Source: Candidatus Omnitrophota bacterium (GTDB taxonomy: Bacteria > Omnitrophota > Gorgyraeia > Duberdicusellales > 4484-171). Taken from it: 64,000 nucleotides of DNA. Numbering within the stretch: position 1 is the first letter of the stretch; each line of letters opens with the position of its first letter. Positions 1 through 8,405 of this stretch are shown one piece after another. The DNA lies in NCBI GenBank assembly GCA_041652815.1, contig JBAZGN010000001.1:573855-637854 (forward strand), written 5' to 3'. The position numbers were made by a program, and so were the translations under genes. The notes under the pieces are model-generated. The model was not told where the DNA came from. It was given only the letters and a program-made list of their open reading frames with translations, and did no database searches.

Positions 1-519
1 GGCCACTGGTGGTTTGAGGGTGTTTCCTGGCTTAACTTTCTTATTCGTAAAATCTGTTATGACCAGAAGACTATAAAGCTTATTACACCCAGCCGCTATC
101 TAAACATTTACCCAAAGAACCAGGTAATAAATCCGGCCCCCTCAAGCTGGGGTTGGAAAGGTTACTATGAGGTTTGGCTAAATGGTTCCAATGACTGGAT
201 ATACCCGCATTTACACCGTGCCCAGGAGAAAATGACTGAAGCCGCTAATCAGCATAGAGCCAAAGGCGATGTAAAAGAAAGAATCCTAAACCAGATGGCA
301 AGGGAGCTTTTGCTTGCGCAAGGAAGCGACTGGGCTTTTATGATGAAAACCGGGGCATTCAGCGAATACGCCAAGAAAAAAACAGTAATCCACCTGGAAA
401 GATTTTATCTGCTTAAAAGCTACCTCGACAAAGGGTTTATTAACTACGAAGTTATAGAAGACATAGAAAGAAAAGATAATATTTTCCCCGAAATCAGCTA
501 CTCGGCATTTCAATCCTAA
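1..519 (+). CDS. GH57-family glycoside hydrolase, C-terminal portion only (5' end lies outside the window); resembles the C-terminal domain of GH57 branching-enzyme-type proteins
   Basis: Frame 1 is open from nt 1 (GHWWFEGVSWLNF...). The listed 232..519 ORF is only the first internal Met. A ...LLAQGSDWAFMMKTG... motif is present. The stop overlaps the next ATG (TAATG). Confidence 0.5.
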   Translation, partial: GHWWFEGVSWLNFLIRKICYDQKTIKLITPSRYLNIYPKNQVINPAPSSWGWKGYYEVWLNGSNDWIYPHLHRAQEKMTEAANQHRAKGDVKERILNQMARELLLAQGSDWAFMMKTGAFSEYAKKKTVIHLERFYLLKSYLDKGFINYEVIEDIERKDNIFPEISYSAFQS

Positions 520-2087
520 TGGCTAAATCAACCACAAAAATTGCGTTTCTCTGGCACATGCACCAGCCTTATTATAAATACCCGGATGCACAAGGCTATT
601 GCCTCCCATGGGTAAGATTTCATGCGGTAAAAGATTATTATGGGATGATACGCACCGTAGCAAAGTTTAGTAAAGTAAAAGTTTCTTTTAACTTTAGCGG
701 AGTATTACTCGAGCAGCTTTCCGATTATGTATACAATAGGGCCAAAGACTATTATCTTACCTTAAGCCTTAAAAACCCCGCTCATCTTAAAAAAGAAGAG
801 AAAGATTTTATAATAAAAAGATTTTTTTCCGTAAACTTAGAAAGAATTGTTAAGCCCAACAGAAGGTACCTGCAGTTATACAATAAGAAGCTTTCGCCAA
901 AAGCAAAATTCAATTTGCAAGATATCACTGATTTGCAATTGCTTTTTAATCTTAGCTGGTTTCATCCCTATACTTTGCGCGAAGACAAAAATTTAAAGAA
1001 ACTATACCTTAAGGGAAAAGGCTATACTCACGCAGACATAGAATATGTAATAAAAAAGCAGTATAAAGTAATGGATGAAATATTTCCGCTTTATAAGAAA
1101 CTTGCCGACAGCGGAAGAATTGAGCTGACATTAACTCCGTTTCATCATCCGATAATGCCTATATTGTGCGATAGCGATGTAGTTAAGGAATTTTCTTATC
1201 TTAAGAAGCCGGTTTCAAGATTTATGCACCCGGAAGACTGTCTTTGGCATCTTGAAAAATCCAAGGAAACATTTAGGAAGGTTTTTGGGCATGTGCCTTG
1301 CGGCAGCTGGCCATCAGAGGGAAGCGTGTCGGAGACGGTTTTGACTTTGTACGGCAAAGAGGGCTTTAGCTGGATAGGCGCGGACGAGGCAATTCTTTTT
1401 AAGAGCTTAACCACTGATTATGTGTCATATGACATGATAAAAAACCAGCGGCATATTATATACAGGCCGTATAAATTCAAAGATATAAATATATTTTTTA
1501 GGGATAGAAATTTTTCCGATATGCTTAGTTTCGTGTACCAGGGCTGGGATGACGCTTCATTTGCCGTAGCTGACCTGCTTGCGCATTTCAAGCGTACTCA
1601 TGATTTTGCTAAAGATATTTTTAAAGAAAGAGTAATAACAATAATTATGGACGGAGAAAATGCTTGGGAATATTACAAAAATAACGGGGTAGATTTTCTG
1701 GAAACCTTGTATTCTGGGCTTGAGAAAAGCGATTGTTTGTCTACAACTACCCCGTCAGAGTTCCTGAAAAAAGAAAGCTCACGAAAATTAGAAAGGCTTA
1801 GCAGCGGTTCCTGGATAAATGGTGATTTTGGCGTATGGATAGGCTCGAAGAAGAATAACTATTATTGGAGTATATTAAGGAAAACACGCGATTTGATAGA
1901 AAAAAGCAAAGTTACCGGGATAAGCCTTGAAGGCTTAAAAAATTATTTTTACCTTATCGAAGGCAGTGATTGGTTCTGGTGGAATACATTTGAAGATTTA
2001 TCAGGAGAATTCAAGAAGATATTTTTTGCCTATGTGGGGAAAATATACAATCTTTTGGGGAAAAAGCCACCAGCACCTTTGAAGTAA
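519..2087 (+). CDS. Glycoside hydrolase family 57 (alpha-amylase / 4-alpha-glucanotransferase type)
   Basis: N-terminal WHMHQPYY motif typical of GH57; 522 aa. Translationally coupled to the upstream GH57 fragment. Confidence 0.75.
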   Translation: MAKSTTKIAFLWHMHQPYYKYPDAQGYCLPWVRFHAVKDYYGMIRTVAKFSKVKVSFNFSGVLLEQLSDYVYNRAKDYYLTLSLKNPAHLKKEEKDFIIKRFFSVNLERIVKPNRRYLQLYNKKLSPKAKFNLQDITDLQLLFNLSWFHPYTLREDKNLKKLYLKGKGYTHADIEYVIKKQYKVMDEIFPLYKKLADSGRIELTLTPFHHPIMPILCDSDVVKEFSYLKKPVSRFMHPEDCLWHLEKSKETFRKVFGHVPCGSWPSEGSVSETVLTLYGKEGFSWIGADEAILFKSLTTDYVSYDMIKNQRHIIYRPYKFKDINIFFRDRNFSDMLSFVYQGWDDASFAVADLLAHFKRTHDFAKDIFKERVITIIMDGENAWEYYKNNGVDFLETLYSGLEKSDCLSTTTPSEFLKKESSRKLERLSSGSWINGDFGVWIGSKKNNYYWSILRKTRDLIEKSKVTGISLEGLKNYFYLIEGSDWFWWNTFEDLSGEFKKIFFAYVGKIYNLLGKKPPAPLK

Positions 2088-2146
2088 AGCTATCAGCTAT
2101 CAGTCATCAGTAACTGACAGCTGAAAGCTGACGGCTGAAAGCTCAA
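2088..2146. repeat. Intergenic palindromic word repeat (GCTGAAAGCTGA / CAGCTGACAG family, 'family B')
   Basis: Contains tcagtaactga and two copies of gctgaaagctga. The same words recur at ~11141-11200, ~15768-15890, ~26164-26232 and ~32986-33025. Confidence 0.6.
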
Positions 2147-2150
2147 TATT

Positions 2151-4193
2151 ATGGGTAAATTGTATTTTGTATTCGGAGTGCATAACCACCAGCCTGTAGG
2201 GAATTTCCCGCATATTTTTAAAGAAGCCTACGAAAAATGTTACTTTCCATTCCTTTCTCTCCTCGAAGATTTTCCCAAGATAAAGTTTTGTATTCATAAT
2301 TCCGGCCCGCTTTACGATTGGATGAAGGAGTACGGTAAGGATTACCTCACGCTTCTTAAGAAGATGGTTAAACGCGGGCAGGTTGAAATTGTAAGCGGAG
2401 GGTATTATGAGCCTATTCTGCCTATAGTTTCAGATTGTGATAAATATGGCCAGATTAATCTGATGAATGATTTCATAGAAAAGGAGTTTTCAAGTAAGCC
2501 TTGCGGCATATGGACCGCAGAGAGAGTTTGGGAGCCTTATCTGGCAAGAGTAATTGGCAATTGCGATTTGAAATATACATTTTTAGACGATACGCATTTT
2601 CGTTTCGCAGGCCTGCGAAAGCCGGAGTTCTTCGGATACTACACAACCGAAGACTGCTCCCAGTCGATATCTGTGTTTCCTATAAGTAAAACTTTAAGAT
2701 ATAAAATACCCTTTTCTGAGGCGCATGAAGCTTTCAGTGTTTTAGACGGCTTAAGGCAAGAAGATGATACGCTGATTACTCTTTTTGATGATGGAGAAAA
2801 ATTCGGGCTTTGGCCCGGCACTTACGATTGGATTTACAATAAAGAATGGCTTAAGAAATTTTTGACTTTTCTTAGCAATTCGGATGATATCGAAACCATA
2901 ACCGCAAAAACGGCTTTTGAAAAATTTAAAACTAACGGGATAGTTTATCTGCCTACAGCCTCTTACGAAGAAATGGGCGAATGGGTGTTAGAACCCAAAA
3001 ATTTCTTTGCCTATGAGGAGCTTCGCGATTTACTTAAAGCAAATGATAAGCTGGAAGAATATAAAGATTTTATAAGAGGGGGGTTCTTTCGCAATTTCTA
3101 TCATAAATACCCGCGGCTTAACTATATGCAGAAAAGAATGCTTTATTTAAGCCAAAAAATAAATACAATGGCAAACCCTAAGGTTGATAAGAAAATATTT
3201 ACCAGCCTTTACAAGGCGCAGACTAATTGCGGTTATTGGCACGGAGTCTTTGGGGGGTTTTACCTCGGGCATATCCGTTCGGCAGTATATGAAAATTTAA
3301 TCGATGCAGAAAATATGCTTGATGAAAAGTATAATAGCGAAAAAATAACAGTGGACTATGCAGACATAGATTTAGACGGCAAGTATGAAATAATGCTTAA
3401 GAATGATAAACTGATTTGTTGTTTTTCGCAAAAAGGCGCGGCTCTTTGTGAAATGAGTTTACGTAATCCCCGGATTAACCTTGTTAATACGATAACGCGC
3501 AGAGAAGAATCATACCATAAAAAGATTCTGCAGAATGTAAAAAAAGAAGGGGCTGTTGCTACGATTCATGACATAGTTAAACAGAAAGACAAGGATTTGG
3601 ACAAGTTCCTTATCTATGACCAATACGAAAGGCTTTCACTTATGGATCACCTTTTGGATAAAGGCATTACCGTAAGCGATTTTAATCTCCAAAAAGGCAT
3701 AAATACTTTAAGTGATGAACTATATGAATGGAAGATTAAGAAAGAAAGCCAAAAAGTAGCCCTTAACTGCAATTTTTCCAATGGTGGCTTGGATTTTTCG
3801 AAAATAATTGAATTCTCGCAAAATTGCGGTTTTGATATAAACTATAAATTTAACAGAAAAAATATCTTGAAGGATTATAATTTTGGTATAGAATTTAATA
3901 TATCATTATTATCGCTGGGAGATGTTTTTGCGAAAATAGGTAAGGAAGAAATAAGCCTATCTGAGCCACGCGAGTTTAAAGAGGTTGGTTCTTTTACAAT
4001 AGTTGATAAGTTTAAAAAGATAATTCTCGAGTTTAATTTCGATAAAGCGCACATCTGCAGCATGCCGGTATATTCGGTTTCTTCTTCAGAGTCCGGTTTT
4101 GAAAAAGTTTATCAGCAAATAGCAATTCTTTTTATTTTCAAAGGCAAGGATACTCTGAAATTTTCTTTGGACATTAAGCACAAACACAATTAA
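2151..4193 (+). CDS. Glycoside hydrolase family 57 (large, 680 aa; amylopullulanase / glucanotransferase-like)
   Basis: VFGVHNHQPVGNF N-terminal GHF57 motif. Third consecutive GH57 gene. Confidence 0.75.
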   Translation: MGKLYFVFGVHNHQPVGNFPHIFKEAYEKCYFPFLSLLEDFPKIKFCIHNSGPLYDWMKEYGKDYLTLLKKMVKRGQVEIVSGGYYEPILPIVSDCDKYGQINLMNDFIEKEFSSKPCGIWTAERVWEPYLARVIGNCDLKYTFLDDTHFRFAGLRKPEFFGYYTTEDCSQSISVFPISKTLRYKIPFSEAHEAFSVLDGLRQEDDTLITLFDDGEKFGLWPGTYDWIYNKEWLKKFLTFLSNSDDIETITAKTAFEKFKTNGIVYLPTASYEEMGEWVLEPKNFFAYEELRDLLKANDKLEEYKDFIRGGFFRNFYHKYPRLNYMQKRMLYLSQKINTMANPKVDKKIFTSLYKAQTNCGYWHGVFGGFYLGHIRSAVYENLIDAENMLDEKYNSEKITVDYADIDLDGKYEIMLKNDKLICCFSQKGAALCEMSLRNPRINLVNTITRREESYHKKILQNVKKEGAVATIHDIVKQKDKDLDKFLIYDQYERLSLMDHLLDKGITVSDFNLQKGINTLSDELYEWKIKKESQKVALNCNFSNGGLDFSKIIEFSQNCGFDINYKFNRKNILKDYNFGIEFNISLLSLGDVFAKIGKEEISLSEPREFKEVGSFTIVDKFKKIILEFNFDKAHICSMPVYSVSSSESGFEKVYQQIAILFIFKGKDTLKFSLDIKHKHN

Positions 4194-4218
4194 TGCGCCT
4201 GGCAGGTGCATTTTGAAA

Positions 4219-4305
4219 CGCAGATGATCACAGATGACAGACGCAGATGATCACAGATGATTTTATCTGCGATCATTTGTTTTATAATCTGTGCTAATCT
4301 GTGTA
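4219..4305. promoter_or_regulatory. Promoter-region word repeat ('family A'): 2x ACGCAGATGATCACAGATGA direct repeat, then ATCTGCGATCA, TATAAT-like box and AATCTGTGCTAATCTGTGTAA just upstream of the RBS
   Basis: Direct tandem 20-mers seen in sequence. The tail motif AATCTGTGYTAATCTGTGTAA recurs upstream of the gene at 55891, and ATCTGTGATCATCTGTGTAA upstream of 16111 and 27938. Confidence 0.55.
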
Positions 4306-4321
4306 ACAAGAGGAGGATAAA

Positions 4322-4507
4322 ATGGCGTTTCCAGGAAGAAAACCTTTTACAGAAAAATCAGCTTCTAAAATTGACGAAGTGAAGCTTAACCAGATGATAA
4401 GAGAAAGAGCTTATTACATTTGGGAAAGTAAAGGCAAACCGAAAGGTCAAGATCAAAAGATCTGGCTTCAGGCAGAAAAAGAGGTTTTGTCTAGAGTAAG
4501 GAGATAA
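4322..4507 (+). CDS. DUF2934 family small protein
   Basis: RAYYIWE..G.P.G.D...WLQAEKE signature. Strong RBS AGGAGGATAAA ahead of the ATG. Confidence 0.6.
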   Translation: MAFPGRKPFTEKSASKIDEVKLNQMIRERAYYIWESKGKPKGQDQKIWLQAEKEVLSRVRR

Positions 4508-4671
4508 TCCAGCTAGAAAGAGTTCCAATAAGTAATTTTCCCTGTTTACGCCTGTAAGTTTAATTAGGGAAAAATTACAAAAGCCTGCCTACTTAACAGG
4601 TTACCTCGTGGTAGCCTACTGGACTGCCGGCAGCTCAAAGGCGTCCTGGTGGACAGGCAGGGAGGTATGTT

Positions 4672-5067
4672 ATGAAAGCGGTAAAAGGAGAGGAACTCAT
4701 ATTAACTTGCGACAACAAAGTCGGAAAACTTGAGGAACTGACAACTCTCTTAAAAGAAAAAAACATCAATTTAAGAGGTATTAGTGCTTTTGTTTATGAT
4801 TCAAAGGCGGCATTTCGGCTCATAACGTCCGATAATATAAAGGCGAAAGAAGTAATTAAGAAAATAGGTTCTCTAGAGATGAAAGAAGTAATCATCGTAG
4901 ATGTGCCTGATGAAGTTGGGCAACTTAATTTAATTGCAAAGAAACTAAAAGATGCCAACATAGACCTTACTCATATTTATGGAACCACCTCTAAGCCTCA
5001 CGAATCAGCAATCATCGTATTTGCTTCAAGCGACAACAATAAAGCGCTTGCAATTATTGCTGCTTAG
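4672..5067 (+). CDS. ACT-domain containing protein (tandem ACT-like halves)
   Basis: 131 aa, two similar halves with ACT-like beta-alpha-beta-beta-alpha-beta patterning. RBS GGGAGGT before the ATG. Confidence 0.45.
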   Translation: MKAVKGEELILTCDNKVGKLEELTTLLKEKNINLRGISAFVYDSKAAFRLITSDNIKAKEVIKKIGSLEMKEVIIVDVPDEVGQLNLIAKKLKDANIDLTHIYGTTSKPHESAIIVFASSDNNKALAIIAA

Positions 5068-5072
5068 GTTTA

Positions 5073-6368
5073 ATGCGCAATCATATATCTACAAAGCATG
5101 CTATCGCCCCCTCAATTCAGCCTTTGACTTCGCTTGGGACAAGCCCTTCAGTTTCATTTAAGTTTCACTTTCCATCATCATTTTTGTGGGGAGCGGCCAT
5201 TTCAAGCTACCAGACGGAAGGAGCAAATTATAATTCTGACTGGTACGTTTTCGAAAAGGAAAAAAAGATACAAGAAGCTGCTCGCGCCGCAAATCACTAT
5301 GAACTTTTTTCCAAGGATTTTAAGCTGGCAAAAGAGCTTAATCTTAAGGCTGTCAGATTATCTTTTGAGTGGGCAAGAATTAATCCTAAGCCTGGCGTTT
5401 ATTTAGAGGAAGAAATAAATCACTATAAGGAAGTAATCCAAACGCTTAAAATCCTCGATTTGAAGCCTTTTGTAACCCTCCATCATTTTACAAACCCTAT
5501 ATGGTTTGCGCAAAGCGGTAGCTTCCAATCTTCAAAAAACATCGATTATTTCCTGGGATATCTTAAAAGAATAGTAGAAGAATTTAAAGATGACATCCAG
5601 CACTGGTTAATTTTTAATGAGCCCCTTGTGTATGTATATAACGGTTATATCTGTGGCAGATGGGCGCCTGGCGTAAAATCCATACGCACAGCTCAAAAGG
5701 TTTTGCGCAATGTCATAAGCGCTTATATTGATGGCTACAAGGAAATAAAAAATATTTACAAGGAAGATAATATTCCCTCTTATGTTTCGGTTGTAAACCA
5801 CATAAGGAAATTTTCTCCCTGCCCTAGTTTTAACTTTGGACAAAATTCTATTTCAGCTTATTTTAAAAATAAGATATCAAATTTCGACATAATTGATTAT
5901 TTAACAAAAAAAACAAGCCTTGATTACCTGGCGGTAAATTATTACTGCAAAGAATATGTAAAGTTTAAAGGGTTAATAGGTTGCGAGTGCCCGCATCAAT
6001 TTCATAAGGAAAGAAAAAATTATTTAGGCTGGTATATTTATCCGCAAGGCCTCTATGAACTGCTTAAAAAGCTTAAAGGGTATAATTTGCCGATTTATGT
6101 AATGGAAAATGGCTCTGCCGAGACAGAGGATTCTTTATATAAAGAGTATTTATTTTCTCATTTAAAGTGTGTAGCCAGGGCTATGTCAGAGGGCATAGAC
6201 ATAAGGGGTTATTTTTGGTGGTCGTTAATAGATAACTTTGAATGGGATAAGGGTTTTGGCCCCAGGTTTGGTTTAATTGATGTAAATTATGATACATTTG
6301 AAAGAAGAATAAAACCATTCGCCTATGAATATGCTAAAATATGCAAGGAGAACAAGATAGAGATATAG
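5073..6368 (+). CDS. Glycoside hydrolase family 1 (beta-glucosidase-like)
   Basis: FLWGAAISSYQTEG N-terminal motif, LIFNEP acid/base motif, YVMENG nucleophile motif. The listed N-terminal ~35 aa are low-complexity; the true start is probably a downstream TTG/GTG ~20 aa before FLWG. Confidence 0.7.
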   Translation: MRNHISTKHAIAPSIQPLTSLGTSPSVSFKFHFPSSFLWGAAISSYQTEGANYNSDWYVFEKEKKIQEAARAANHYELFSKDFKLAKELNLKAVRLSFEWARINPKPGVYLEEEINHYKEVIQTLKILDLKPFVTLHHFTNPIWFAQSGSFQSSKNIDYFLGYLKRIVEEFKDDIQHWLIFNEPLVYVYNGYICGRWAPGVKSIRTAQKVLRNVISAYIDGYKEIKNIYKEDNIPSYVSVVNHIRKFSPCPSFNFGQNSISAYFKNKISNFDIIDYLTKKTSLDYLAVNYYCKEYVKFKGLIGCECPHQFHKERKNYLGWYIYPQGLYELLKKLKGYNLPIYVMENGSAETEDSLYKEYLFSHLKCVARAMSEGIDIRGYFWWSLIDNFEWDKGFGPRFGLIDVNYDTFERRIKPFAYEYAKICKENKIEI

Positions 6369-6379
6369 ATAGTAAATAA

Positions 6380-6520
6380 AATCACAAATCACAATATACA
6401 AATTACAAACAATTTACAATAAACAATGACTAAAATTACAAATAGAAAGATATCTTTTCGGTATTGTGATTTTGTAATTGTTTATTGTTTGTAATTTGCG
6501 ATTTGGTAATTGTAATTTTT
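6380..6520. promoter_or_regulatory. Large imperfect inverted repeat built from ACAAATTACAAACAATTTACAATAAACAAT words, upstream of the cNMP-patatin gene
   Basis: Left arm ~6380-6425 is the reverse complement of right arm ~6460-6515. Confidence 0.5.
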
Positions 6521-6527
6521 AAAAAAT

Positions 6528-8405
6528 ATGGATATCAAAGAAGCGAAATTCATTTTAGCGAATACGTTGCCTTTTAATAAATTAAAAGAAGAAGAGATTG
6601 ACGAATTTTTAAGCATTTGCGAATTACGTAAATTGAGCCACGGAGAAATTTTATACAAAGACCAAGATCCCCCTGATTATTTTTATTTTTTATTGCGCGG
6701 AAGAATTGTTATTTTAAAGCAAGATGATATGCAAGAATCAGAAATAGAGCTTATAAAGAGAGGAACATCTTTTGGTATAATTTCTCTTTTTAACGAAGAG
6801 CCGCATTCAGTAACTACAAAATCAATAGAAGAGTCGTTCGTACTTAAAGCAGACAAAGAAAGGTTCAAGGATTTTTTAAATAAATACCCTTTAATTTCTT
6901 TGGAATTTTACAGAATACTTTCACAAAGGATACGTGCGCGTTCCGGAAAGAAAAAAATCTTTCAGTGTAAACGTATAGCCGTTATGGGCGCACATTTAAG
7001 CGGTAAAACCAGCTATATGTTTAACCTGGGAGTTAAATTAAAAGAGCAGACCCGCAAAAACGTAATATGTATTGAATTTAGTTCATCCGATAGTTTCGGC
7101 CTTGATAAACTTACGATTTACAGTAAAATACTTAACCTTGAAGATTATAAAGAAGAAACACTTAAAGATTACATAATAAAAAGTAATTTACAAAATAATA
7201 ATGAAATAGCTATTGATTGTCTTTTAGTAAAGATAAATGATATCCTTGAAATACCTTCTTTGCTTAATTTCCTTTCTGAAAATTATCATTTTATAATTTA
7301 CGAAATGCCGGATCAGTTCTTTGATACTAATGTGCAAAATTGTGTATCCCCGGTTGACTATTTTCATTTTCTTGTTTTACCCAACAAGGAAGGCGCGTTA
7401 AAAGCTGCTTCAGTGATAACAGCTCTCAACGAGGCTGATCCTTTAAGCATTGACAGGGTAAAAGTTATTTTGAGTTATTTTGCCGCGCAAGACCGTCTGC
7501 CGGCGAAAGACATAAAAGAAATTCTGCACGCGAATATCTACGCAACTTTGCCTTCGTTCGGTGAAGAGTACGTAAACGCGGTAAGAAGAATAAGCAAAGA
7601 GGTAGGTGAAGTAGTAATCGGGCTTGCTTTAGGAAGCGGCGGAGCATATGGTTTTGCCCACATAGGAGTATTAAGAGTGCTTGAGGAAAATCATATACCC
7701 ATAGATATTATATGTGGTTCAAGTATAGGCTCTGTCATCGCCAGCCTTTGGGCGCTTGGGAAAACTCCGGATGAAATTGAAAAGTTCATGATTGAATTTG
7801 CAAAGAAGCTAAATCTTTTTTCAGTTCGTGGTTTTTCTTTTCCTTTCAAGGGCTTGTGGCGTGCCAAATACCTGGAAAATATATTAAAAAAAGTCTTCAA
7901 AGATAAAACTTTCTACGATCTCAAACACCCGCTTAAAGTAGTTGTGTTCGATTTTTTAAGAAAAGAAGCGAAAATCTTGGAAGATGGCCCTCTTTATAAA
8001 GCTGTTGCTGCAAGTTGTGCTTTGCCTGGTGTTTTTGAGCCAATAAACTTTAAAAACAGAATGTTGCTTGATGGAGGGGTTTTAAATCCTTTGCCTACTA
8101 AAGTGCTTTTGAATTATGGCGCAGATAAAATAATAGCCGTAAATGTTACGCCTTCCCAGGAAGAAATTATTGAAGAATACGATAAAAAAAATAAATTTCA
8201 TATCCTTGATTTTATATTCGGAAGCATTGAAACAATGCAAAGGCAATTTATCGAACAGGCAGTAACTGTTGCTGATTGCGTCATACATCCAAATTTCGGC
8301 ACTTTACGCTGGCTTGAGTTTGAAAAAGTGCAGGATTTTATAAAGAAAGGCGAATTAGCTACCGTAAACAAACTGGATGAGTTAAAAAAGATGATTAATG
8401 TTTAA
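6528..8405 (+). CDS. Tri-domain protein: N-terminal cyclic-nucleotide-binding (CAP-type) domain + central degenerate MinD/ParA-like P-loop domain + C-terminal patatin-like phospholipase
   Basis: cNMP-binding fold at aa ~20-130. Central domain has IAVMGAHLSGKTS...NLG, a Walker A in a ParA/MinD-like context with the signature Lys replaced by Ala. Patatin motifs GLALGSGGAYGFAHIGVL (Gly-rich), GSSIGS (GxSxG) and LLDGG (DGA/G). Confidence 0.8.
   Translation: MDIKEAKFILANTLPFNKLKEEEIDEFLSICELRKLSHGEILYKDQDPPDYFYFLLRGRIVILKQDDMQESEIELIKRGTSFGIISLFNEEPHSVTTKSIEESFVLKADKERFKDFLNKYPLISLEFYRILSQRIRARSGKKKIFQCKRIAVMGAHLSGKTSYMFNLGVKLKEQTRKNVICIEFSSSDSFGLDKLTIYSKILNLEDYKEETLKDYIIKSNLQNNNEIAIDCLLVKINDILEIPSLLNFLSENYHFIIYEMPDQFFDTNVQNCVSPVDYFHFLVLPNKEGALKAASVITALNEADPLSIDRVKVILSYFAAQDRLPAKDIKEILHANIYATLPSFGEEYVNAVRRISKEVGEVVIGLALGSGGAYGFAHIGVLRVLEENHIPIDIICGSSIGSVIASLWALGKTPDEIEKFMIEFAKKLNLFSVRGFSFPFKGLWRAKYLENILKKVFKDKTFYDLKHPLKVVVFDFLRKEAKILEDGPLYKAVAASCALPGVFEPINFKNRMLLDGGVLNPLPTKVLLNYGADKIIAVNVTPSQEEIIEEYDKKNKFHILDFIFGSIETMQRQFIEQAVTVADCVIHPNFGTLRWLEFEKVQDFIKKGELATVNKLDELKKMINV

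Noticed and set aside
4219-4260. Possible CRISPR-like direct repeats (ACGCAGATGATCACAGATGA x2; similar pairs at 54605 and 55765)
   Set aside because: Only two tandem units per locus, no unique spacers of regular length, no cas genes. They behave as promoter iterons, not CRISPR arrays.
5134-5406. 90-aa ORF overlapping the GH1 gene in another frame
   Set aside because: Fully contained in the GH1 coding region, which has strong family motifs. No RBS.
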